A stretch of DNA of 64,000 bases from an uncultured Chloroflexia bacterium. Lineage in GTDB: Bacteria > Chloroflexota > Limnocylindria > Limnocylindrales > CSP1-4. The position numbers were made by a program, and so were the translations under genes. Under the pieces are notes generated by a model. It ran no database searches, had not been told where the DNA came from, and was given only the letters and a program-made list of their open reading frames with translations. The DNA is taken from the NCBI GenBank assembly GCA_963804575.1, contig CAWDQY010000004.1, positions 332 to 64,331 of the forward strand, in the 5' to 3' direction. Below are positions 21,294 through 29,474 of this stretch, piece after piece (the first letter of the stretch is position 1; each line of letters opens with the position of its first letter).

Positions 21294-22774
21294 TCGGGGA
21301 CTTCGGTACGTGGCACTGGACTACGGCGCCGAAAGCGGACGCACCATCGTCGGCCGCTTCGATGGCGACCAGCTCAGCATCGAGCCGGTGCATCGGTACG
21401 CCAACGTGCCTGTGCGCATGGGCGGCACGCTCTACTGGGACTTCGCCCGCCAGTTCAACGACATCCTCACCGGCCTGGGCAAGGCCGCCGAGGGTGGCCC
21501 GGTGCACTCGGTGTCGGTCGATACCTGGGGCGTGGACTACGGCTTCCTCGATGCGCGCGGCCGGCTCATCGGCAACCCCGTCCACTATCGCGATACGCGC
21601 CACGAGAGCATGCTCGAAGCCGCCTTCGAGACTCGTCCCGCGCGAGGAGATCTACCTCGCCACGGGGATCCAGTTCATGTCCATCAACACGCTCTTCCAG
21701 CTGCTGAGCGAGGTCCGCGCCAACGATCCCATCCTCGAGCAGGCGGACACGCTGCTGATGATGCCGGACATCTTCAACCACTTCCTCTGCGGCGCCGACG
21801 TGGCCGAGTACACCGAAGCCACCACCGGCCAGACGGTGGATCCCTGGACCCACGACTGGGCTCGGCCGCTCTTCGACCGCCTGGGCATCCCCACCCACTT
21901 CCTGCCGCAGATCGTGGAACCGGGCACGGTCCTGGGGCCGCTGCTCGACGAGGTCGCCGGTGCCAGCGGCTGTCGCGACACGCAGGTGGTCGCGGGGGCC
22001 TCGCATGACACCGCCTCGGCCGTGGCGGCCATCCCGCTGGCGGGGAGGTCGACCGCCTACATCTCGTCGGGCACCTGGTCACTGGTGGGACTGGAAGTCG
22101 ACGAGCCCGTCATCGACGAGGCCTCGCTGGCGGCCAACCTCACCAACGAGGGCGGCTATGCCGGCACCATCACGCTGCTGCGCAACGTCATGGGCCTGTG
22201 GCTGGTGCAGCAGAGCCGCAAGGCTCTCTGGCCCGCTGACGACGCCCCCTCGTACGCGGACATCTGCACGCTCGCAGAGGCAGGCACACCCGGCACCGCC
22301 TTCGTCGATCCCGACGATGCGCGCTTCCTGTGGCCCGGCGACATGCCCAGCCGCATCCGCGCCTTCTGCGAGGAAACCGGCCAGCCGGTACCGCTGGAGA
22401 TGCCCACGCTGTGGCGCGTCATCTTCGAGTCGCTGGCCCTGAAGTACGACTGGGTGGTCAACCGGCTGGGCGAGGTGACCGGTCGCGACATCGACCAGAT
22501 CCACATCGTCGGCGGTGGCTCGCAGAACGAGCTGCTGTGCCAGATCACGGCCGACATCAGCGGCCGCGAGGTGGTGGCCGGACCTGTCGAAGCCACGGCC
22601 ATCGGCAACATCGCCATCCAGGCCATCACCGCCGGCGAGCTGCGCGACCTGGCACAGGCACGCGAGCTCATCGCGCGCTCCTTCCCCATGCGGTCGTACC
22701 AGCCGTCGGGTGACTGGTCGGACGCGCGGGGACGGTTCGGCGAGCTGCTCGCGGCGCGTGCCGGCAAGCCCTAG
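21286..22774 (+). pseudogene. FGGY-family sugar kinase (rhamnulokinase-like), frameshift near 21635
   Basis: N-terminus YVALDYGAESGR...SVDTWGVDYGFLD in ORF 21286..22008. The remainder (SSGTWSLVGLE, IHIVGGGSQNELLCQ) is in ORF 21161..22774. Confidence 0.8.
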
Positions 22775-22831
22775 ACTCGGAAGGCAACGAAGCTCCACGT
22801 GGTGGAGCGTGGAGGGGAAGGAACGCACCAG

Positions 22832-23701
22832 ATGAACAAGTTCGGAGTCCATGCGCTCGTGTGGTCAGGCAGCTGGGGTGCCAAGGAGTGCGAGTACGCC
22901 ATCTCCAGCACCAAGGAAGCCGGCTACGACCTCATCGAGCTACCGGCGTTCTCGCCGGCTGAGATGGACATCGGGGCCATCCAGCGGGCGCTCGAGACGC
23001 ACGAAGTGGAGGTGACCTGCTCGCTGGGCCTCGGCTTCGACAACGACATCAACAGCGAGGACGCTGACTGCGTGGCGCGTGGGGAGCAGACGCTCAACGA
23101 GGCGCTCGCGATGGTCCGTGACATCGGCGGCAAGTACCTCGGCGGCGTCATCTTCAGCGCCCTCGGGCCCTACACGAGGATGCCCTCCCAGAAGGCCCGT
23201 GAGAACAGCCAGGCGGTGATCGGTCGGCTGGCCGACACGGCCAAGGCCTCCGGTATCAAGGTCGGGCTGGAGTTCGTGAACCGCTACGAGACCAACCTCT
23301 TGAACACCTCGGCGCAGACGGCCGAGTACATCAGGGAGATCGGCTCGGACAACCTGGTCGTCCACCTCGACTCGTACCACATGAACATCGAGGAGAACAA
23401 CTTCCGCGACCCGGTCTTCGATGCCGGTGACCTGCTGGGCTACGTGCATATCGGCGAGAACCATCGCGGCTACCTGGGCCAGGGACACGTGAACTTCCCC
23501 GAGCTGTTCGGGGCACTGGCGGATGCCGGGTACGACGGTGTCATCACCTTCGAGTCCTTCAGCTCCAAGGTGGTCGATGAGAACCTGACCACCATCCTGC
23601 GCATCTGGCGCAACATGTGGGACAACAGCATGGACCTGGCCGTCCAGGCACGCCGCTACATGGGCGAGGAGATGGCCAAGGCGATCGCCGCCAAGGGCTG
23701 A
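22832..23701 (+). CDS. Ketose 3-epimerase family protein (D-tagatose/D-psicose 3-epimerase-like, xylose-isomerase-like TIM barrel)
   Basis: GLEFVNRYETNLLNT ... VHLDSYHMNIEENNF ... HIGENHRGYLGQG closely parallels the DTE/DPE metal-binding motifs as I recall them (E, D, H, E ligands). Confidence 0.75.
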   Translation: MNKFGVHALVWSGSWGAKECEYAISSTKEAGYDLIELPAFSPAEMDIGAIQRALETHEVEVTCSLGLGFDNDINSEDADCVARGEQTLNEALAMVRDIGGKYLGGVIFSALGPYTRMPSQKARENSQAVIGRLADTAKASGIKVGLEFVNRYETNLLNTSAQTAEYIREIGSDNLVVHLDSYHMNIEENNFRDPVFDAGDLLGYVHIGENHRGYLGQGHVNFPELFGALADAGYDGVITFESFSSKVVDENLTTILRIWRNMWDNSMDLAVQARRYMGEEMAKAIAAKG

Positions 23702-23744
23702 CCGATCGACGCCGTCGGCAGCGCCGACAGCGTCGACGTACCTG

Positions 23745-23956
23745 GGGTTGGCCGCGAGTGCTTGGGTTGGCCGCGTGTGCTCGGGTTGGCCGCGTGTGCT
23801 TGGGTTGGCCGCGTGTGCTGGGTCGCGGCGTGTGCTTGGGTCGGCGGTGTGGGCGCGGGTTGGCAGGCGTGTGCTTGGGTCAGCGGTGCGGTCGCGTGTG
23901 CTTGGGTCAGGCGGTGCGCTGGACCACCCGGTGGTGCTTGGGTCACCCCGTGTGCC
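23745..23956 (+). repeat. Tandem array A: about 10 units of about 19 bp (consensus GGGTTGGCCGCGTGTGCTT), degenerating rightwards
   Basis: The CCGCG core recurs at 23752, 23771, 23790 and 23809, an exact 19-bp spacing. Later units are progressively diverged. Confidence 0.85.
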
Positions 23957-24076
23957 AACTCGACGTGTTCGCGTCGACAGTGGCCGCTTCGGCACACCCG
24001 GTGTTCCAGGCTGACACTTCGGCACGCGCTGCGTCCCAATTCGGCCCGAAGCGGCGACCGCTGGTCGAGTTGGCAC
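23952..24076. other. Nested inverted repeats forming the centre of the array A / array B structure
   Basis: GTGCCAACTCGAC (23952-23964) pairs with GTCGAGTTGGCAC (24064-24076). GCCGCTTCGG (23983-23992) pairs with CCGAAGCGGC (24046-24055). There are also direct repeats of CTTCGGCAC and GGTGTTCCA. Confidence 0.7.
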
Positions 24077-24121
24077 GGGTGGTGTTCCACGGTCAAGCCA
24101 ACGCAGGCGGACATCGCGGTT

Positions 24122-24254
24122 CGGGCCTGCGGCCAGGCCTGGGCAGCCGCGGCGGTCACGGGCACCGCGGCCAGTCCCGGGCACCGCGGCCAGGCCCTGG
24201 CACCGCGGCCAGGTCCAGGGCACCGCGGCCAGTCTGGGCACCGCGGCCAGACCC
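24122..24254 (-). repeat. Tandem array B: about 7 units of 18-20 bp (GGGCACCGCGGCCAGnnnn), the inverted counterpart of array A
   Basis: CCGCGG at 24147, 24165, 24184, 24203, 24223 and 24241. The reverse complement of the unit (GGGACTGGCCGCGGTGCCC) aligns with the array A unit GGGTTGGCCGCGTGTGCTT. Confidence 0.85.
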
Positions 24255-24312
24255 CGGCAGCACGACCTGGACCTGGACACTCGCCTTTGCCGCTGACTGC
24301 CGTGCTCGCGAA

Positions 24313-24342
24313 ACGGCGGGGTGCCTCGTGGCACCCCGCCGT
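24313..24342 (-). terminator. Perfect 13-bp stem / 4-nt loop hairpin downstream of the sugar-binding protein gene
   Basis: ACGGCGGGGTGCC TCGT GGCACCCCGCCGT. On the minus strand it is followed by TTTCG. Confidence 0.6.
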
Positions 24343-24385
24343 CGTTGGTCGCCGGGTAGATGCGGGGGAGCCCCCGCGGCGGTGA

Positions 24386-25504
24386 CTAGAAGTCGAAGTC
24401 GCCGATGTTCTCAGCGTTGAAGACGAACGGGGCGCCCAGCAGCACTTCGCTGCCGTTGACGACCTGCAGCTCACCGAGCCTGCCAGCCATGACGCTGGTG
24501 TCGCCGGGGCTGAACTCGCCGTCCACGATGGCCCGGGTCACGTACACCGCGGCATAGCCGAGGTCCACGGGGTTCCACAGCACGACGGACTGCACGCAGC
24601 CGTCCTCGACATACGGTCGCATCGCGTTCGGGGTCGCAAGACCGATGACGGCGACTTCGCCGCACAGGCCGGCCTGGGTGACGGCGTCGGCAGCCGCCGG
24701 GGTCGCCACGGAGGTCATGCCGAAGATGCCGTCGATGTCCTCACCGTACTTGTTGAGGAGCGTCTGGGCCTGGCTGAAGGACAGCGGGGTGTCTTCCTGG
24801 GCCTCGAGGGTCTCGAGCCAGGTCAGGTTCGGATAGCACTGCGCCGCGTAGGCGGACATCTCGGCGATCCAGCGCGCCTGGTTGGGCGTGGTGAAGGTCG
24901 AGGTGACGATGCCGAAGGAGGCGTCCTCGCCCTGCTCGGCGACGAGGCTGTCGATCATGGTCTTGCCGATGCCGTTGAACTCGGCCTGGTTGACGAACCA
25001 CTCGCGAGCCTCGGGCACGGAGTTGGCGTCGTAGCCCACGACGTGGATGCCGGCCTCGAGGGCCTTGGTCAGCACGGGGCCGATGGCGACGGGATCGTTG
25101 GCGGCGAACAGCACGCCGTCCACGCCCTGCGTGATGTAGTTGTCGATGAAGGTGATCTGCTCATCGATGTTGGCGGCCGTGGGGCCGTCGTTGATGACCT
25201 CGACGTTGCCGAGCTCAGCCGCTGCTTCCTGCGTGCCCTGCGCGGTGGCGTCGAAGTAGCCGATGCCGATGAGCTTGGGGATGTCGACGAGCGTGATGTC
25301 GGCGCCGGCCTCGGCGGTCGGGTTCACGGCGGTCCCGCCGTCATACTCGCCGGCATCGGCGGGAGGCGGAGCCTCGCCACCGGGGCAGGCCAGCGGGTTG
25401 GTCGGCAGCTCGTCGGCGCCGTCCCAGACGTCCTGAGCGGCGACCGCGCTGACCGACCCCAGGGTCAGGGCGAGCGTGGTCAGAAGAACGATTGGCTTTC
25501 GCAT
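24386..25504 (-). CDS. Sugar ABC transporter substrate-binding protein (RhaS/LsrB-like PBP1 family)
   Basis: Signal peptide MRKPIVLLTTLALTLGSVSAVAA and a periplasmic binding fold (VDGVLFAANDP, VVGYDAN). An alternative TTG start is at 25525. Confidence 0.85.
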   Translation of the reverse strand: MRKPIVLLTTLALTLGSVSAVAAQDVWDGADELPTNPLACPGGEAPPPADAGEYDGGTAVNPTAEAGADITLVDIPKLIGIGYFDATAQGTQEAAAELGNVEVINDGPTAANIDEQITFIDNYITQGVDGVLFAANDPVAIGPVLTKALEAGIHVVGYDANSVPEAREWFVNQAEFNGIGKTMIDSLVAEQGEDASFGIVTSTFTTPNQARWIAEMSAYAAQCYPNLTWLETLEAQEDTPLSFSQAQTLLNKYGEDIDGIFGMTSVATPAAADAVTQAGLCGEVAVIGLATPNAMRPYVEDGCVQSVVLWNPVDLGYAAVYVTRAIVDGEFSPGDTSVMAGRLGELQVVNGSEVLLGAPFVFNAENIGDFDF

Positions 25505-25618
25505 CTTGCGGTTGATCTCCTCCAAAGTGATCGAACTGGGTAACGATGGGCGACCCCTCGGGGCCGTCGCACGTCGGTCGTAGCTCGCGACACCTCCTCT
25601 CCTGTGAGTATCGTAGCT

Positions 25619-26647
25619 CTAGCCCTGTCCGGGTAGAAGCCTCTTGAGCCGCTCGGGCGGGTTGGCGATGAAGGTGTTGAGGAGCACGGCCCCGATGAGC
25701 ACGAGGCCCACCACGATGGTGGTGGAGTCACCCTTGGCCCCGGAGAGCGCCAGACCATTCTTCATCAGCTGGATGAGCATGAGGCCCAGGACGGTGCCGA
25801 TGATGGTGCCGCTGCCGCCGAAGATGCTGGTGCCACCGACGACGACGGCGGTGATGGCGGTCAGCTCGAAGCCATTGCCCATGTCGGAGCGAGTCGTGCT
25901 GACACGGGAGACGAAGACCCAGCCGGCCAAGCCGGACATGAAGCCCGAGAGCGTGTAGATGATGAACTTGTTGCGCGCCACGTTCAGGCCGCTGAACCGT
26001 GCGCCGGTCTCGTTGTTGCCGATGGCGTACAGGGACCTGCCGAAGGGCGTCCAGGCAAGGGCGGCGCCGATGCCGATGATGCCGATCACGACCAGGAAGA
26101 GCTGGTTCGGGAACACCGTGGCGGTGCCGAAGAAGCTGAAGTCCTTCTGGCCCAGGATGTAGAACCACTCGGGGTAGCCGCGCACGGAGCGCGCCTGCGC
26201 GATGCCCTCGGCCAGGCCGCGGAAGAGGGCCAGCGTGGCCAGCGTGGTGATCAGTGGCGGCAGGCCCACGCGGATGATGAAGAAGGCATTGAAGGCGCCG
26301 CAAGCGGTCGCGATGACCAGGGCGACGACGATGGCGACTTCCAGCGGCAGGCCCCAGTTGTGCCAGGCCACCCCCAGCATGATGGCCGTGAGCCCGACGA
26401 TGGAACCGACCGACAGGTCGATGCCGCCGGTGATGATGATCAGCGTCATGGGCAGCGCGATGAGCGCGATCTCGGTCGCCAGCCGGCCCTGGTTGAGCAG
26501 GTTCTCCGGCGTCAGGAACACGTTCGACTGGAACGACATCAGGATGACGCCAGCGATGAGGATGAAGAAGAGGATGGTCTCCTGGCGCAGCAGGATGGCC
26601 TGCAGTCGCGAACCGGAGCGGTCAGCCACCGACGTTGCGGTCGTCAT
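25619..26647 (-). CDS. Sugar ABC transporter permease (RbsC/LsrD-like)
   Basis: 342 aa, about 10 TM helices, with a branched-chain/ribose-type permease signature (GGIDLSVGSIVG). Confidence 0.9.
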   Translation of the reverse strand: MTTATSVADRSGSRLQAILLRQETILFFILIAGVILMSFQSNVFLTPENLLNQGRLATEIALIALPMTLIIITGGIDLSVGSIVGLTAIMLGVAWHNWGLPLEVAIVVALVIATACGAFNAFFIIRVGLPPLITTLATLALFRGLAEGIAQARSVRGYPEWFYILGQKDFSFFGTATVFPNQLFLVVIGIIGIGAALAWTPFGRSLYAIGNNETGARFSGLNVARNKFIIYTLSGFMSGLAGWVFVSRVSTTRSDMGNGFELTAITAVVVGGTSIFGGSGTIIGTVLGLMLIQLMKNGLALSGAKGDSTTIVVGLVLIGAVLLNTFIANPPERLKRLLPGQG

Positions 26648-26659
26648 GTCAGCCTCCCC

Positions 26660-27667
26660 CTACATCCGTTCCTGGCGACGTCGGCGAACGACATCGGCGA
26701 GCACCGTGACGAGGATGAGCACGCCCAGGATGGCCTTGAGCCAGAAGGGCGAGATGTCCACGAAGACGAGCGCGGCCCCGATGGTGCGAATGAGGATGGT
26801 CGCCAGCGTGGAGCCGATGACGGTCCCGATGCCACCGAGGATGGACACGCCACCGACCACCGCGGCGGTGATGACCTGCAGCTCGAGGCCCGGCGTGACG
26901 ACGGTCTGGAGCGTGTTGTACTGCGTCGCGAACATCACCGCCGCGATGCCGTAGAACAGCCCGGCGATGGTGAAGGTCACCATCAGCTGGCGGCGCGTGT
27001 CGATGCCGGAGAGCCGGGCAGCCTCGGCGTTGCCGCCGATGGCGTACTGCGAGCGCCCCGTGCGGCTCCAACGCATCCAGGCAAAGGCCACGATCGTCAG
27101 CGCGATCATGATCCAGACCGGCACCGGGAGGCCGAGGATGTCCTGCTGCGCGATGCTGTAGCCATCGGGCAGCGCGCTGATGGTACTGCCACCGGCGACG
27201 AGGATGAGCCCGCCCTTGAGGATGCTGAACGTTCCCAGCGTGACCACGATGGCGGGGATCTTCAGGTAGGCCACGAAGAAGCCGTTGATGGCGCTGATCA
27301 GCATGCCGCCGAAGAGCGGCGCGATCCAGGCCGCCGCGAGCACGATCGGCGTCGGCACGTCGGCGGCGCTCAGCTGCTCCGCGAGCGAGCCCGACAGTGC
27401 CACCAGCACGCCGATGGCGGCCCCGACGCTGATGTCGATGTTGCCGGTGATGATGATCATCGAGATGCCGATGGCCGCCACCGCGATGTAGGCATTGGCG
27501 TTGAAGACGTCGGTGAGGTTCTGCTCGCTGACGAAGCGCGGGTTGTAGAGCCCGACGCCGATGATGAGCAGCATCAACAGCAGCAGCAGGATGCCTTCCT
27601 GCGAACCGAACAGGCGCCTGGCGTTGGCCAGGTAGCGGTTTCCCTGCGTGCCGGTCGCGGCGGTCAC
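26660..27667 (-). CDS. Sugar ABC transporter permease (RbsC/LsrC-like)
   Basis: 335 aa, GNIDISVGAAIG motif, multi-TM. A 4-nt overlap with the ATPase gene. Confidence 0.9.
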   Translation of the reverse strand: MTAATGTQGNRYLANARRLFGSQEGILLLLLMLLIIGVGLYNPRFVSEQNLTDVFNANAYIAVAAIGISMIIITGNIDISVGAAIGVLVALSGSLAEQLSAADVPTPIVLAAAWIAPLFGGMLISAINGFFVAYLKIPAIVVTLGTFSILKGGLILVAGGSTISALPDGYSIAQQDILGLPVPVWIMIALTIVAFAWMRWSRTGRSQYAIGGNAEAARLSGIDTRRQLMVTFTIAGLFYGIAAVMFATQYNTLQTVVTPGLELQVITAAVVGGVSILGGIGTVIGSTLATILIRTIGAALVFVDISPFWLKAILGVLILVTVLADVVRRRRQERM

Positions 27668-29214
27668 GCCGGAACCCCCGATGCTGTCGAGCCGGGGTCA
27701 CCGGCGGCGGTGCTTTGCTGGTCGCTCATCATCGCCGCGCCGACGTTCTCCTGGGTGGCTTCGGCGCGGCTGAACTCGGCCACCAGGCGGCTGTTGCGCA
27801 TGACCAGGATGCGGTCACTCATGCCCAGCACCTCGGGCAACTCGCTGGAGATCATGAGGATGCCCAGGCCTTGTTGCGCCAGCTCGCTGAGCAGACGGTG
27901 GATCTCCGCCTTGGCTCCGACGTCCACGCCACGCGTGGGCTCGTCGACGATGAGCATCTTCGGCTTGCTGGCCAGCCACTTGCCCACCACGACCTTCTGC
28001 TGGTTGCCGCCGGAGAGCTTGTTGACGACCTGCTCACCGCTGGTGGCGATGATGTTGAGCTGCTCGATGAGCTGCTCGCCCGACTTGCGTTCGTTGCGCT
28101 TGATCACGATGCCGAAGCGGGTGAAGGTGTCGAGGACGGCCATCGAGAGGTTCTCGCGGATGCGCATCTCGCGCACCAACCCCTGCGTGCCGCGGTCCTC
28201 CGGCACGTAGGCGATGCCGAGCTTCATGGCCTGCGCCGGTGACTTGATGTTGACCTTCTGGCCCTCGACGAGGACGTCGCCCGAGTCCGGCTTGAGGATG
28301 CCGAAGATGACCTGCGCCGTCTCGCTGCGGCCGGAGCCGACCAGCCCGGCCATGCCCACGATCTCCCCGCTGCGCACGGTGAAGCTGACGTCCCTGGTCT
28401 GCGGATGGCGGTTGAGGCCTCTCGCCTCGAGCACCGGCTCGCCGACCTCGGTGGGCAGCTTGGGGAACAGGTCGGTGATGGTGCGGCCGACCATCATGCG
28501 GATGAGGTCGTTCTCGTCGGTCTCCGAGACGGGCTTGGAGTCCACCAGCCGGCCGTCGCGCAGCACGGTCACCTTGTCGGCCAACTGGAAGACCTCGACG
28601 AGGCGATGGCTGATGTAGATGATCGCGACACCGCGTTCCCTGAGCAGACGCACGATCCCGAAGAGCTTGGCCACGTCGGATTCGGTGAGGGCGGCGGTGG
28701 GCTCATCCATGATCAGCACCTTGGCGTCGAGCGAGAGCGCCTTGGCGATCTCGACACGCTGGCGGTTGCCCACGTTCAGCGACCCGACCTTGCGCCGAAC
28801 GTCCATGTCGTGGATGTTGAGCGACTCCAGGATCTCCGTCGCACGCCGGTTCATCTCACCCCAGTCGATGACCTGCGTGGGGCCGGCCTTCCGCATCGGC
28901 GCGTGACCCATGAAGATGTTCTCGGCCACGGTCAGCTCCGGGTAGAGGCTGAGCTCCTGGTACATCGTGGCGATGCCGTGGTCCTGCGCTTCGTGCGGGC
29001 TGCGGAACCGCACCAGCTCGCCAGCCATGTGGATGCTGCCGCTGTCGGCCGGATGCACACCGGAGATGACCTTGATGAGCGTCGATTTGCCGGCGCCGTT
29101 CTCCCCCACCAGGGCGTGGACCTCTCCGGCGTCGGTGCTGAAATCGACCTCCTCCAGTGCTTTCACACCGGGGAACGACTTGGAGATGTTGGTCAGCTCG
29201 AGCAGCGCGGCCAT
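27664..29214 (-). CDS. Sugar ABC transporter ATP-binding protein with duplicated ATPase domains (RbsA/LsrA/RhaT-like)
   Basis: Two nucleotide-binding domains: GENGAGKST with DEPTAAL, and LSGGNQQKVVVGKWL with DEPTRGVD. Confidence 0.92.
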   Translation of the reverse strand: MAALLELTNISKSFPGVKALEEVDFSTDAGEVHALVGENGAGKSTLIKVISGVHPADSGSIHMAGELVRFRSPHEAQDHGIATMYQELSLYPELTVAENIFMGHAPMRKAGPTQVIDWGEMNRRATEILESLNIHDMDVRRKVGSLNVGNRQRVEIAKALSLDAKVLIMDEPTAALTESDVAKLFGIVRLLRERGVAIIYISHRLVEVFQLADKVTVLRDGRLVDSKPVSETDENDLIRMMVGRTITDLFPKLPTEVGEPVLEARGLNRHPQTRDVSFTVRSGEIVGMAGLVGSGRSETAQVIFGILKPDSGDVLVEGQKVNIKSPAQAMKLGIAYVPEDRGTQGLVREMRIRENLSMAVLDTFTRFGIVIKRNERKSGEQLIEQLNIIATSGEQVVNKLSGGNQQKVVVGKWLASKPKMLIVDEPTRGVDVGAKAEIHRLLSELAQQGLGILMISSELPEVLGMSDRILVMRNSRLVAEFSRAEATQENVGAAMMSDQQSTAAGDPGSTASGVPA

Positions 29215-29416
29215 ACGTTTCTCGGTCCTACTCCTTGGTCAACAGCGCGTCGAGGCCCGACCGACGTTCCGAGGACGGCGGCGAAGGCTCCCGTGACCGC
29301 TAACCATACCCAATCTCCGCGGCCGAGGGCATTCGTTTGCACAGCGCCGTCAGCGGCCTGTCGCTGGCCGGCGTGTCGTGGGTCGAGCGCCTGGCGCTGC
29401 GGACAGGTGTCCGCGT

Positions 29417-29474
29417 CCGCGGTCGGGCGCCTGTTCCGCGGTCAGGCGCCTGTTACCGCGCTCAGGTGCTCCGG
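29417..29474 (+). repeat. Three tandem 19-20-bp units starting with CCGCGG (array C), preceded by a 16-bp palindrome GCGGACAGGTGTCCGC (29398-29413)
   Basis: Units CCGCGGTCGGGCGCCTGTT, CCGCGGTCAGGCGCCTGTTA and CCGCGCTCAGGTGCTCCGG. They lie upstream of the ABC operon and overlap the stop of the MFS gene. Confidence 0.7.

Noticed and set aside
23745-24254. Possible CRISPR array, because of regularly spaced about 19-bp repeats
   Set aside because: The units are directly abutting with no unique spacers. The repeat length is shorter than CRISPR repeats, the units degenerate progressively, and no cas genes are in the window.
22940-24420. Long ORFs across the repeat region (22940..24334 minus, 23617..24420 plus, 23656..24474 minus) as repeat-containing proteins
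   Set aside because: They overlap the well-supported epimerase gene or the terminator. Their composition (Arg/Pro/Gly/Ala-rich) is typical of wrong-frame GC-rich translation, and they have no start context.
24386-29214. AI-2 (Lsr) uptake system, given the ATPase-permease-permease-SBP order plus an FGGY kinase nearby
   Set aside because: No LsrF, LsrG or SorC-type LsrR equivalents are present. The linked aldolase/SDR fusion and the DeoR regulator fit the actinobacterial rhamnose-type module better. Transporter family alone cannot discriminate between the two.
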